Source: an uncultured delta proteobacterium (GTDB lineage Bacteria; Desulfobacterota; Binatia; UBA9968). Taken from it: DNA of 64,000 nt. Below, piece after piece: positions 1 through 9,748 of this stretch. The notes beneath the pieces are model-generated. The model saw nothing but the letters and a program-made list of their open reading frames with translations, ran no database searches and was not told where the DNA came from. Numbering within the stretch: position 1 is the first letter of the stretch; every line of letters begins with the position of its first letter. Made by a program: the position numbers and the translations under genes. The stretch spans positions 96,001 through 160,000 of the forward strand of contig CAVUZH010000013.1 of the NCBI GenBank assembly GCA_963745835.1. Direction: 5' to 3'.

Positions 1-544
1 TACGCAAGTAATCGCCAGACGCAACCGGGACTTGTTCGATAGCGAGCGCTTGCTCATTGATTCTCGGCTCGAACGATTTAGGACGCACCAGGAGAAGTTT
101 GGTTCCATCATTAGTCAACGTACTGGTATTTTGATAGCTAGCGCCGAGGGCGGGAATTGTGGCTTCCACGCTGCTGCCTTTCAGCTCAAAATCTCCGACA
201 TCACTGATGGCACCGCAGTCAAATCTGGCGCTCAAACTCGCGACTAAATCACGTCCGCTGTAACTCGACGCAAATAACATCACCGCTGGTTTATATGTGT
301 CAATCAGTCTGGCAACCGTTTCGACAGCAGGCAGCGTGAGGTAATCACCATAGATCGGATCAGCGCAACGATATATTTTGCTTGCTCCATACTTCGCAAG
401 TGTTTCGACAGCTTCTTCAGGAGCAGGGCCCAAGAGCACGGCCTCCGCTTTAGCAACGTCCGCTGCTTTGGCAAGCATTTCCAAGCTTGTCGCCGTGATT
501 CTATCGTCACTTACTTCCGCGTACACCCAAATAACGTCTGCCAC
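1..544 (-). CDS. etfA: Electron transfer flavoprotein subunit alpha (5' part; runs off the window)
   Basis: Not in the ORF track. Manual translation from GTG at 544 gives MADVIWVYAEVSDDRITATSLEMLAKA...FASSYSGRDLVASLSARFDCGAISDV, typical of the ETF-alpha N-domain. It starts immediately after the etfB stop. Confidence 0.9.
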   Translation of the reverse strand, partial: MADVIWVYAEVSDDRITATSLEMLAKAADVAKAEAVLLGPAPEEAVETLAKYGASKIYRCADPIYGDYLTLPAVETVARLIDTYKPAVMLFASSYSGRDLVASLSARFDCGAISDVGDFELKGSSVEATIPALGASYQNTSTLTNDGTKLLLVRPKSFEPRINEQALAIEQVPVASGDYLR

Positions 545-545
545 T

Positions 546-1325
546 TTAGATCACCTTGATTTCAGCAAGAAAGTCTGCGATCTGCTTGCCGCCTTCCCCT
601 TCATCGACGACGACTTTTCCAGCCTGGCGCTTCGGCGGTCGCCCAACAGTCAAAACTTTTTCTCGCGCACCCTTCTCTCCGACTTGATCAGGCGGCAACC
701 CTAAATCAGCCGCCGTGTAAACCTTTATCTCTTTCTTTTTGGCTGCCATAATCCCTTTGAGTTGCGGGTAGCGTGGTTCATTAATGCCGCTGCTAACCGC
801 TACAAGAGCCGGCAAACTGGATTCAACCAGATCATAACCGCTCTCACTTTGACGCTTGATGGCGATACGATCGTCGTCAATGAGAATTTCTTTCGCGAAT
901 GTCATCGGCGGAACTCCCAACAAATAGGCAATTTGACCGGGAACTATGCCAGAATAGCTATCGCTGCTTTCCGTGGCGCAGATAACCAAATCGAACGGTT
1001 GTTTTTTGACAGCCGCAGCAAGAATCTTTGCGGTACCGAGTGTATCCGAACCGGCAACCGCATCATCTAAGATGTGCACTGCCGAAGTCACACCCATGGC
1101 CAAGGCATTACGTATTCCAATGGTGGCATCACTAATGCCCATGGTCACCAGCGTTACTATACCGCCGTGTTTTTCGGTCAAACGAAGGGCTTCCTCAACT
1201 GCACTTGCCGCCGCAGGATCCAACTCGTGCGGCACACCCTTACGCACCATTCGTCTCGTGTTCGGATCAATTTCGATGCTTACCGAGCTGGCCGGAATGA
1301 CCTTACCACAGACAACAATGTTCAA
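546..1325 (-). CDS. etfB: Electron transfer flavoprotein subunit beta
   Basis: Motifs NIVVCGK, AVEEALRL, GSDTLGTAKILA, DSYSGIVP and INEPRYPQLKGIMAAKKK. Confidence 0.95.
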   Translation of the reverse strand: MNIVVCGKVIPASSVSIEIDPNTRRMVRKGVPHELDPAAASAVEEALRLTEKHGGIVTLVTMGISDATIGIRNALAMGVTSAVHILDDAVAGSDTLGTAKILAAAVKKQPFDLVICATESSDSYSGIVPGQIAYLLGVPPMTFAKEILIDDDRIAIKRQSESGYDLVESSLPALVAVSSGINEPRYPQLKGIMAAKKKEIKVYTAADLGLPPDQVGEKGAREKVLTVGRPPKRQAGKVVVDEGEGGKQIADFLAEIKVI

Positions 1326-1361
1326 TGTTCATGTTCTCCTAAACTATTTGAGCGATGATAG

Positions 1362-1397
1362 ACAAAGGCGCCTAACTGATGGATTAGGCGCCTTTGT
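1362..1397 (-). terminator. Stem-loop, possible intrinsic terminator between the di-iron protein operon and etfB
   Basis: Perfect 14-bp inverted repeat ACAAAGGCGCCTAA / TTAGGCGCCTTTGT with an 8-nt loop. The U-tail is weak. Confidence 0.55.
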
Positions 1398-1428
1398 AAC
1401 TTAAATCTGGGTACCCTCAGTTAGGAAG

Positions 1429-1620
1429 TTAAGACACCCACTCCTTCACATTACCCTCAAGGACGACATCCAAAATCTCTTTACAATCCGCGATTGCCTG
1501 ATCGACGATTTTCGGATCGTCTTTGAGATGGGGCATTGCCGTCCCGACCGCTTTTTGAAGGGCCTGGATAAACTCTTTAAATTGCTGATCTAGTGCCTCA
1601 GTATTTGGAGCTTGCTGCAT
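1429..1620 (-). CDS. Small hypothetical protein (63 aa, predicted helical)
   Basis: AGAGGG-type RBS upstream. Starts 13 nt after the stop of the di-iron protein gene on the same strand. Confidence 0.7.
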   Translation of the reverse strand: MQQAPNTEALDQQFKEFIQALQKAVGTAMPHLKDDPKIVDQAIADCKEILDVVLEGNVKEWVS

Positions 1621-1633
1621 ATTTCCCTCTAGC

Positions 1634-2356
1634 CTACGTGTAAAGACGTCCCTTATTAGGATCCGGGATGGTTAGATTCATCTTAGTAAGAAGACCGTCC
1701 ACCTCGTCCTTATATTGCTGACGGGCTACCGCATTCGGCCGCCTCTTCAACCCCCACTGCATGTAACGCTCAGATCGATAGGACTTGCTGTTACCAAACA
1801 TATCCAGTCCTTTGACGTACCAGTAGTCCACCGCTTTCTGAATTCGTTCTTTCGCTTCCCCGCCTTTGGCCGCGTACTCAGCAGTTTTATTTGTCCCGAA
1901 ATCTATGTGTCCCTCTTCTTCACGAATTACATCTGGATCCTCAACAATCCGCGCCAGCGGTAAATAGGTGCATCCGATAAACTCCTCAAGTTGAAAACGA
2001 CCAACTCGATCAATCAAAAATCCGAACACAGCATAATCTTCCCACGTATCAATGGAACCCCGAAACGCCTCGACATATCGCTCCTGGTTGGAACGGCTCA
2101 AAACGTACGATACGTCGAGCCCAATATCCCCCGCTAGCCGGGCCATCTTTCTGTAGTGATCCATCTCCTCAGCGGCCGTGCGCGCGACAATAAGCTGATC
2201 CAGTTTGGTTGGAGCTGACGGTAAAATATTCCTAACGTAAAGATTCGGGCCACCAATCTCACAGTCGGCCTGAATCGCAAGGACCCGTTTAAGTAAGTCC
2301 TGATACTCCGGATCTTGTTTCTCAAAATCTTCGAGATCAACCTTGTCTGTAAACAT
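1634..2356 (-). CDS. PaaA/BoxB-family ferritin-like di-iron protein (aryl-CoA epoxidase-like)
   Basis: Paired EExxH motifs (EEMDH, EEEGH), WEDYAVFGFLIDRVGRFQL and YWYVKGLDMFG. GGAGG RBS. Confidence 0.8.
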   Translation of the reverse strand: MFTDKVDLEDFEKQDPEYQDLLKRVLAIQADCEIGGPNLYVRNILPSAPTKLDQLIVARTAAEEMDHYRKMARLAGDIGLDVSYVLSRSNQERYVEAFRGSIDTWEDYAVFGFLIDRVGRFQLEEFIGCTYLPLARIVEDPDVIREEEGHIDFGTNKTAEYAAKGGEAKERIQKAVDYWYVKGLDMFGNSKSYRSERYMQWGLKRRPNAVARQQYKDEVDGLLTKMNLTIPDPNKGRLYT

Positions 2357-2506
2357 GCTACGGGGCCTCCTGTGACTCGCTAATTATGCGCAATTATTAT
2401 AAAAATCATTAACAAAACAGTCCGAACAAATCAATAAGCGGCGATGCTTCAGACGCAAAATCCGGCTGTTTCGACGTCTGGGAATCAGTCAGCAGGAGAA
2501 CGACTT

Positions 2507-3856
2507 ATGGTGTCCCATGAATCACTGGCGCTATTGACGGATCTCTACCAATTGACGATGGCGCAAGCTTATTTCAACGATCACAAAACGGAGCGAGCTA
2601 CTTTCAGTCTTTTTATCCGATCTTATCCGCTAAACAGAGGGTTTTTCATTTCTGCAGGCCTGCATGACGTTCTCAAATTTTTAGAGAACTTTGCACTGGA
2701 CGAGCCAGCCCTAAATTATCTCTCAATGCAGAATCTCTTTACGCATGACTTTTTGAAGTTCTTGGAGAAATTACGTTTCACCGGAGACGTTTGGGCGCTG
2801 CCGGAAGGCCAGTTGTTCTTCAAAGACGAACCCATTTTGGAAGTCACTGCCCCTATCATTGAAGCTCAGTTGGTCGAGACGTTTATCATCAACCAAATCA
2901 ACCTACAGTCGCTCATTGCCACGAAGGCGGCTAGGTGTGTTCATGCCGCAGGCAAGCGGGCCGTTGTGGATTTCGCTTTACGCCGAACCCATGGAATCGA
3001 TGCCGGGATGAAAGTCGCCCGATCGAGTTATCTTGCCGGCTTCGCCGGCACCAGCAATGTGTTGGCAGGCAAGAGATATGAAATACCGACCACGGGAACA
3101 ATGGCCCACTCTTTCGTCAGCAGCTTCGTAGATGAAATAGATGCCTTTCGGAGTTATGCGGCAAGCTTTCCCGAAACCGCAACTCTATTGATCGATACCT
3201 ACGACACAATTGCCGGCGCGCGCAAAGCGGCCGAAGTAGCCAAAGAGATGGCTGCCCGTGGTCAGCGCCTGAAAGGCGTCCGTATAGATAGCGGCGATCT
3301 TGCAGAGCTGGCAATCAAGGTGCGTAAAATTCTTGACGACGCTGGATTTCCGGACATTAAAATTATCGGAAGCGGCGGCTTAGATGAATACGATCTCACC
3401 GAGCTCTCCGGAGCGCAAATTCCTTTCGACAGCTACGGCGTGGGAACCAAGATGGGCACCTCGAGCGATGCGCCATGGTCAGATATGGCCTACAAACTTG
3501 TTGAATATGGCGACAAGCCGGTTTTAAAGAGAAGCCCCGGTAAGATTTCCTGGCCGGGCGCTAAACAACTATTTCGGCAAAGAAACGATCAAGGACAATT
3601 AGAACAGGACATCATTGGATTGCGCGATGAACGTATCGCCGGCACGGAAACGCTGCTGGGAAAAGTGATGGAAGGCGGCAAGATAGTTGGAACCCTCCCT
3701 ACATTAGCCCAGAGCCGAGCCGGTTTAGCTAAAGAGCTCGGGCATCTTTCCGATTTGACAAAGGCAATCCGCAACCCAGTTCTTTATCCGGTCGAGTTCA
3801 GTCCTGCACTCGTCCGGTTGCGTGAAGAGACTGAGCGAAAGCTAATTAAGCTTTAA
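2507..3856 (+). CDS. pncB: Nicotinate phosphoribosyltransferase
   Basis: Motifs LLTDLYQLTM, DFALRRTHG, GTMAHSF, LIDTYD, VRIDSGD and GVGT. Start moved to ATG 2507, which has an AGGAG RBS. Confidence 0.95.
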   Translation: MVSHESLALLTDLYQLTMAQAYFNDHKTERATFSLFIRSYPLNRGFFISAGLHDVLKFLENFALDEPALNYLSMQNLFTHDFLKFLEKLRFTGDVWALPEGQLFFKDEPILEVTAPIIEAQLVETFIINQINLQSLIATKAARCVHAAGKRAVVDFALRRTHGIDAGMKVARSSYLAGFAGTSNVLAGKRYEIPTTGTMAHSFVSSFVDEIDAFRSYAASFPETATLLIDTYDTIAGARKAAEVAKEMAARGQRLKGVRIDSGDLAELAIKVRKILDDAGFPDIKIIGSGGLDEYDLTELSGAQIPFDSYGVGTKMGTSSDAPWSDMAYKLVEYGDKPVLKRSPGKISWPGAKQLFRQRNDQGQLEQDIIGLRDERIAGTETLLGKVMEGGKIVGTLPTLAQSRAGLAKELGHLSDLTKAIRNPVLYPVEFSPALVRLREETERKLIKL

Positions 3857-4012
3857 CCGTGTCAGACCCTTTACTAGCTTCGGAAAAGTCAGATTTCGTC
3901 TGGAGACTCAGCTCCAATTAAACGATCGGAGGTGTAAATAGTTAATGGTTGTGTAGATGAAACGGGAGCGGTTAATTGAGCCGGTGGAAATTGTTAGAAG
4001 ATGTTTAACGAG

Positions 4013-5005
4013 TCAAAACTTTATCACCGCTGCGCCCCAGGCAAATCCCGCACCAAATCCATTGAGCAAAACGACATTGCCCTTCTGAATCCGGCCCTGA
4101 CGCTTGGCTTCATCCAGGGCTACTGGAATAGATGCTGCAGACGTATTCCCGTATTTTTCGAGATTGACCATGACTTTGTCCATCGAAATACCCAGCCTGT
4201 CGGCGAGTGCAACGATGATACGACGATTGGCCTGATGTGGAATCACCAGTGAGACTTCATCGATGCCGACACCCGCCTCTTCCAGTGCTTCGCGGCTGAT
4301 ATCTTCCATTGAACGCACCGCAATCTTAAATACCTCTTTCCCGTTCATAGTGATGGTATGCTCGTTTCTCTCTACAGTCTTGCAGTTGGCTGGTTTAAGA
4401 GAGCCTCCCGCCGGGACATAAAGAGTTTTCGCGTACGAGCCATCGGTGCGCAATTTGGTGCTTAAAATACCGTTGCCGTTCTCCGAGGCGCCGAGTACCA
4501 CGGCACCCGCCCCATCGCCAAACAGTATACAGGTTGTGCGATCCTGCCAATTCAGCAGCCGGCTTAGAGCATCAGAACCGACGACGAGAGCGTTACGGAT
4601 TTTACCGAGCCGGATAAAAGAATCCGCTACCGATAACGCGTTGAGAAATCCCGAGCAGGCAGCGCCGACATCGAAGGAGAAAACTCCTCTGGCCCCAAGC
4701 ATATCTTCAAGCACGCAAGCCGAACTTGGGAACGGATAATCCGCAGTGACCGTTCCCATAATGATCGCGTCCAAATCACCAGCGTCCAAACTCGCATCAT
4801 CGAGTGCTCTCGTTGCAGCATGGAACGCCATGTCCGCATTACCCTTACCCTCTTCAAGAATTCGGCGCTCTTTTATCCCAGTGCGGACCGTGATCCATTC
4901 GTCACTGGTCTCGACCATCTTCTCAAGGTCATGGTTTGTAATGACCTTGGACGGCAGTTCAGAACCCGTTCCGAGAATCACGCTGCGCCGCTGCCCTCCA
5001 CTCAT
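4013..5005 (-). CDS. fabH: Beta-ketoacyl-ACP synthase III
   Basis: Motifs [19 protein letters not shown] and YGNTSAAS. The ATG at 5005 overlaps the fabF stop (ATGA). Confidence 0.95.
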   Translation of the reverse strand: MSGGQRRSVILGTGSELPSKVITNHDLEKMVETSDEWITVRTGIKERRILEEGKGNADMAFHAATRALDDASLDAGDLDAIIMGTVTADYPFPSSACVLEDMLGARGVFSFDVGAACSGFLNALSVADSFIRLGKIRNALVVGSDALSRLLNWQDRTTCILFGDGAGAVVLGASENGNGILSTKLRTDGSYAKTLYVPAGGSLKPANCKTVERNEHTITMNGKEVFKIAVRSMEDISREALEEAGVGIDEVSLVIPHQANRRIIVALADRLGISMDKVMVNLEKYGNTSAASIPVALDEAKRQGRIQKGNVVLLNGFGAGFAWGAAVIKF

Positions 5006-6255
5006 TCCGCCCTCCTCAATATGACACACGCATTCGTTCCACCGAAACCGAACGAGTTCGAGAGTACGACCTTGAGATCCGCCTTACGGGCTTCGTTGGG
5101 CACGTAATCCAGATCGCACTGTGGATCAGGATTATCATAGTTGATCGTCGGCGGAATCAGACCGTGATGCAGGGAGAGCGCTGAGAACACGCCTTCAACA
5201 GCGCCGGCCGCACCGAGTAAATGACCGGTCATAGATTTAGTGGAACTCACTGCTAGTTTGGCCGCCTGTTCGCCGAATACCTTTTTGATCGCCATTGTTT
5301 CGTTGGCATCGTTGTATTCTGTGGACGTCCCATGTGCGTTGATATAATCGACGTCGGTGGGCGCGAGCCCGGCATCTTTTAATGCCAGCCTCATACAGCG
5401 AGCCGCGCCTTCGCCCTCCGGTGCCGGCGCAGTCATGTGGTGCGCATCGCCGTTTGCCGCATAGCCAACCACTTCGGCGTAAATCTTCGCGCCTCGTTGG
5501 AGAGCTCTCTCTCTTTCTTCCAGAATGAGAACACCGGAGCCTTCGGCAATCACGAATCCGTCGCGATCTCGGTCAAAGGGACGGCTGGCGCGTTCTGGCT
5601 CATCATTGCGGGTCGAGAGCGCCTTCATGGCGGCGAAGCCGCCGACGGCCAGCGGAGTAATAGCCGACTCAGCACCCCCGGTAATCACCGCATCCTGTAA
5701 GCCGCGCCGGATCAAGTGATAAGCCTCGCCAATGGCATGTGTACCGGACGCGCATGCAGACGTGGGTGTTAAGTTGATTCCCTTGGCACCATGACGGATC
5801 GCGATCTGACCGGGAGCCAAGTTAGATATCACTTTCGGGATGAAAAAGGGAGATATTTTTCTCGGCCCGCCCTGCAATATCGCCTCCTTCGTGGTCTCGA
5901 TGGTATCAATGCCGCAAAGGCCAACACCAATGATAACACCCACCTGCTCAGCCAACTCAGTATCGATTTTTAAGCCGCTATCGGTCATCGCCATCACTGC
6001 CGCCGCGACCGCATACTGGATAAAAAGATCCATCTTCTTGATCTCTTTAGGCTCGATGAAATCTGTAGGAGAAAAGTCCGGCACTTCCCCGGCGATCTGT
6101 GAGGGATAAGCTTCAAGGTTGGAAAATCGGCTGATTCGTCTGATCCCGGAGCGCCCGGCGATCAAAGCATCCCAATTCTTTTCAACGCCAGTCCCCAACG
6201 GGGTAACCAAGCCGATGCCTGTTACGACAACCCTGCGTTGTTCAGGTGTATTCAC
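5002..6255 (-). CDS. fabF: Beta-ketoacyl-ACP synthase II
   Basis: Motifs [34 protein letters not shown] and NSFGFGGTN. Confidence 0.97.
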   Translation of the reverse strand: MNTPEQRRVVVTGIGLVTPLGTGVEKNWDALIAGRSGIRRISRFSNLEAYPSQIAGEVPDFSPTDFIEPKEIKKMDLFIQYAVAAAVMAMTDSGLKIDTELAEQVGVIIGVGLCGIDTIETTKEAILQGGPRKISPFFIPKVISNLAPGQIAIRHGAKGINLTPTSACASGTHAIGEAYHLIRRGLQDAVITGGAESAITPLAVGGFAAMKALSTRNDEPERASRPFDRDRDGFVIAEGSGVLILEERERALQRGAKIYAEVVGYAANGDAHHMTAPAPEGEGAARCMRLALKDAGLAPTDVDYINAHGTSTEYNDANETMAIKKVFGEQAAKLAVSSTKSMTGHLLGAAGAVEGVFSALSLHHGLIPPTINYDNPDPQCDLDYVPNEARKADLKVVLSNSFGFGGTNACVILRRAE

Positions 6256-6334
6256 ATTCTTACCGACCCTTTAGAAAATTTAAACCTTAACTTGAACGCT
6301 AAAATAGATGACTCCAAGTGGAGGGTCAATACTT

Positions 6335-7360
6335 TCAGTGAAATTGATCGTGCGTCCGCAAAACTGCACGAATGAGAGGATCTATTTTCTCGCCGCCAAC
6401 ATCGGACGGAAACTTGTCGCCGCCAGATTGTTGGAGCCTTTCCAGAACACCGGCAACGGACGACCTAAGGGCGGTGAGATCATAGCCGCCTTCGAGCAAG
6501 AACGCTATTTTACCGCCGCAGTAAACTTCCGCTAGCTGCAGCATCGCTCGGGCCATCTGCGAGAATCCAGCTTCGGTCACATTCATTCCTGCCAATGGAT
6601 CCTGACGATGCGGATCAAATCCGGCCGATACTAAAATCCACTGCGGTCCGAAACGTTCGAGAGCCGGGATAACGACGTCTCTAAAGACTCGCAAGTACTC
6701 CGCATCGCCGCAGCCGGCCGGGAGCGGAACGTTGATCGTAAAACCGGCGCCCTCTTTCACTCCCACTTCTGCGACTCCCCCCGTGCCGGGGTAGAAAGGA
6801 TATTGATGGGCTGAGACAAACAGAACCGAGGGATCATTGTAGAACGCCTCTTGGGTGCCATTGCCGTGGTGCACATCCCAATCAACGATGGCAATACGCT
6901 TTGCCCCATGGGCAGTCTTCAGATACTGCGCACCAACAGCAATGGTATTAAAAAGGCAGAAGCCCATAGCTCTGTTTCTGAGCGCATGATGTCCCGGCGG
7001 CCGTATCATGGCAAAAGCGTTGGACGATTCGCCGGCAGCAACGGAGTCCAACACTTTCAGAAAACCTCCTGTCGCAAGCAAAGCGACAGCGAAAGAATCC
7101 TGACTAGTGATAGTGTCTCCATCCAAAGCATACTGGCTCAGGCCCGCGGTCGATTCCACCAACTGGACATATTTCGGATCGTGACAAAGCTCGATTTCCG
7201 ATCGCGAGGCAGCCCTGGCCGGCATCAGCTGAAAACGAGCGGGATCTAGGGTCTCGGCCAGGTCTAGCAAAACCCGCAACCGCTCGGGTCGCTCAGGATG
7301 ACCCCGACCTGGCATGTGCTTGAGAAACTCTCGATCTATCAAGATCGCGGAACGTTTCAT
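6335..7360 (-). CDS. Histone deacetylase-family Zn-dependent amidohydrolase
   Basis: Motifs HPERPER, RPPGHHA, DWDVHHGNGTQ, SAGFD and LEGGY. Confidence 0.93.
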   Translation of the reverse strand: MKRSAILIDREFLKHMPGRGHPERPERLRVLLDLAETLDPARFQLMPARAASRSEIELCHDPKYVQLVESTAGLSQYALDGDTITSQDSFAVALLATGGFLKVLDSVAAGESSNAFAMIRPPGHHALRNRAMGFCLFNTIAVGAQYLKTAHGAKRIAIVDWDVHHGNGTQEAFYNDPSVLFVSAHQYPFYPGTGGVAEVGVKEGAGFTINVPLPAGCGDAEYLRVFRDVVIPALERFGPQWILVSAGFDPHRQDPLAGMNVTEAGFSQMARAMLQLAEVYCGGKIAFLLEGGYDLTALRSSVAGVLERLQQSGGDKFPSDVGGEKIDPLIRAVLRTHDQFH

Positions 7361-7524
7361 TACATTAAACTAGCATTCGGTGCTCCCGGTCACAACGTTG
7401 TGAGCCGCGCCAAGCGACAGCAGTCGGGTGGAGTAATCCGCCGCTGGCAGGACTCGGTGTCGAGACATTTAGCTTGGTTGCCAACTGATAGAAAATCGCA
7501 TAGCTTGACGCTGGAGGACGTAGC

Positions 7525-7800
7525 ATGTTTGGTATTGGGATGCCGGAGCTATTGCTGATTTTAGCTTTGGCGCTGATCGTCTTAGGTCCCAAGAAACTGC
7601 CTGAGCTCGCCCGGGCGCTCGGCAAGGGCATGGCCGAGTTTCGAAGGGCTACTGATGATCTCAAAGACGAATTTCGTCAATTGGAAAATGAACCACCCGA
7701 ATCTCCGGTTAAGGCGACTCAAAAAGACGATTCGTTGCTAACCAAGCAAGCTGATGCCTCGGCCGCTTCCCCCGCGGCTGATAAACAACCACGTGAGTAA
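7525..7800 (+). CDS. Twin-arginine translocase TatA/TatB-family subunit
   Basis: [42 protein letters not shown]. Lies upstream of tatC. Confidence 0.93.
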   Translation: MFGIGMPELLLILALALIVLGPKKLPELARALGKGMAEFRRATDDLKDEFRQLENEPPESPVKATQKDDSLLTKQADASAASPAADKQPRE

Positions 7801-8548
7801 CGAGCCCGTTAAAAGGCATTTGGACAACGTCCAGATGCCTTTTAGCTCTCATTTAGATGAACTCCGCACCAGACTGATTCGCTCCGTCCTTGCCGTCGCT
7901 ATCGCGTTCATCTTCTGCTTCTATTTCGCTGACCAGATCTTTTTTGCTCTGGCGGAACCACTCCGGCGGTTGCCAATACCGGATCTGACTCTGATCGGCA
8001 CGGCCGTGACCGAGGCCTTCTTCACGAAAATGAAGATTTCGTTCTTTGCCGCGCTGATCGTCGCGCTGCCGGTGCTGTTGTGGCAAGGGTGGCAATTCGT
8101 CGGACCGGGACTATACGAACATGAGAAGCGTTATACCCGCAGCTTTGTGCTTTTTGGCTCGTTTTTTTTTCTCGCAGGCGTGGCTTTTTGCTACGGCATC
8201 GTTCTCCAGAAGGGTCTCGCTTTCCTGTTAAAGCGCTATCAGGTGCTGCAGATCCAGCCGGCGATTCAAATCGGTGACTATCTTTCCATGGTTGCCAGGC
8301 TGGAATTGGCATTTGGAGTAATGTTTCAATTGCCGGTGCTCAGTTTCTTTCTGGCTCGTGTGGGTTTGGTGGATCATCGGCTATTGATTCACTATCTTGG
8401 CTACGCAGTCATCGGCATGGCCATCATCTCGGCCGTGCTAACCCCGCCTGATCTGATTTCGCAGATCTTGTTGATGGTACCTTTGAGCTTGCTGTACGGC
8501 GTGAGCATAGGTGTGGCATACGTCGCAAGGCCGAGAAAGACCCGGTAA
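7793..8548 (+). CDS. tatC: Twin-arginine translocase subunit TatC
   Basis: Motifs [25 protein letters not shown] and LTPPDLISQ. The start is uncertain (GTG 7793 or ATG 7835). Confidence 0.95.
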   Translation: MSNEPVKRHLDNVQMPFSSHLDELRTRLIRSVLAVAIAFIFCFYFADQIFFALAEPLRRLPIPDLTLIGTAVTEAFFTKMKISFFAALIVALPVLLWQGWQFVGPGLYEHEKRYTRSFVLFGSFFFLAGVAFCYGIVLQKGLAFLLKRYQVLQIQPAIQIGDYLSMVARLELAFGVMFQLPVLSFFLARVGLVDHRLLIHYLGYAVIGMAIISAVLTPPDLISQILLMVPLSLLYGVSIGVAYVARPRKTR

Positions 8549-8612
8549 TCCGTACAGACCTAACCGCGTGGACGCCGTGCTGCGGCGAGTCGATTAATTT
8601 TTAAAATCAATT

Positions 8613-9164
8613 TTAGTTGTCGTCGTTTACGAAAGCGCAGGCAGCGAACACGGTGGTCCAAAGACCATCTTTATTACCGATGGCGGATTGCGTGATATTG
8701 GACGTACGAACGATTTTGCCGGACATTTTGAAGAGGTTTTCCCTCTCATCCCAAGCGGTGTCAGGATCGAACTCAATACCCAGCGTTGTCGCAAGCATGC
8801 TGGCGGCTAGATCTTCGGCATAATCGCCGGCTTTCTCTTCGGTTTCTCCGAATGAATGGTGCTCCGAAAGATAACCATGCTGCTCTTGGTCCGCTGGAAT
8901 AGCGACACCGACGGAGGCAGCAACCAAGCGGTTCGGTTCGTTTGTACTCTCACGGTCATAGACGCAGAAAACGATTTCGCCCGGGCGTAACAGTTTAACA
9001 CCCTCTTCTTTGGAAATGCGTTTGCAAAAAGGCGGATAGATGCTCGAGACCAGAACTAAGTTGCAGTAGGCTAGTCCTGCTGATCGCAACGCCAGCTCAA
9101 AAGACGCCAACTTCTCCTTATGGACGCCAACACCTTTTGTGAAAAAACATTTTTTCGGAATCAT
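8613..9164 (-). CDS. pdaD: Pyruvoyl-dependent arginine decarboxylase
   Basis: [20 protein letters not shown] (Ser-Ser self-cleavage site) and GYLSEH. Confidence 0.88.
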   Translation of the reverse strand: MIPKKCFFTKGVGVHKEKLASFELALRSAGLAYCNLVLVSSIYPPFCKRISKEEGVKLLRPGEIVFCVYDRESTNEPNRLVAASVGVAIPADQEQHGYLSEHHSFGETEEKAGDYAEDLAASMLATTLGIEFDPDTAWDERENLFKMSGKIVRTSNITQSAIGNKDGLWTTVFAACAFVNDDN

Positions 9165-9234
9165 TGTCCGGTGTCTATAACATTAAAGAAATTTGCTGAC
9201 AACTTCGCATTTAGAATTTCTTCCGCTCAGGATA

Positions 9235-9738
9235 TTATTCAACGATGAGCAAAACTGCGCCCCCCTCGACGGTTTCGCCGGGAGTCACTTTAATCTCTTT
9301 CACCTCGCCATTGATGGGGCTGCGCACTTCGTTTTCCATTTTCATGGCTTCGACGATGACCAGTCCCTGCCCTTTTTCGACGGCATCGCCTTCGGCCACC
9401 AGCACAGCAATCACCTTACCGGGCATCGGCACTGAAACCTTCTGGCGCCCTTGGAATTCGATTCCCGATTGGGTCCCGCCGACACGGACCCGCCGCTCAT
9501 CCACCAAACTTACATGATAGTTGCGACCATCCACTAGTACTTGATATTCATCTTCCGTGTGATCCACTTCGATCTCAAACGATCGATTGTCGACGATCAA
9601 CGAATAATTGGTCCGCCCGGTTTTTTTCCCGTCGATCAAGAACTCGTTGCCATCGATCGAAACCTTGTAAACAGACTTGCCGACTTCATCGATATCGACC
9701 GTGTAGGTCTGTTCTCCCAGCTTTGCAATGAAAGCCAT
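9235..9738 (-). CDS. Biotin carboxyl carrier protein of an acyl-CoA carboxylase
   Basis: PMPGKV...EAMKMENE biotinylation motif. Confidence 0.93.
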   Translation of the reverse strand: MAFIAKLGEQTYTVDIDEVGKSVYKVSIDGNEFLIDGKKTGRTNYSLIVDNRSFEIEVDHTEDEYQVLVDGRNYHVSLVDERRVRVGGTQSGIEFQGRQKVSVPMPGKVIAVLVAEGDAVEKGQGLVIVEAMKMENEVRSPINGEVKEIKVTPGETVEGGAVLLIVE

Positions 9739-9748
9739 AATGGACTAG

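Noticed and set aside
1317-1336. AATGTTC x2 plus ATGTTC at the etfB start, giving an out-of-frame ATG
   Set aside because: The in-frame TTG is acceptably spaced from AGGAG. The short repeat may be chance or slippage, and there is no evidence of function.
2381-2400. Imperfect palindrome TAATTATGCGCAATTA between the divergent di-iron gene and pncB
   Set aside because: Single AT-rich instance that cannot be assigned to a regulator from sequence alone.
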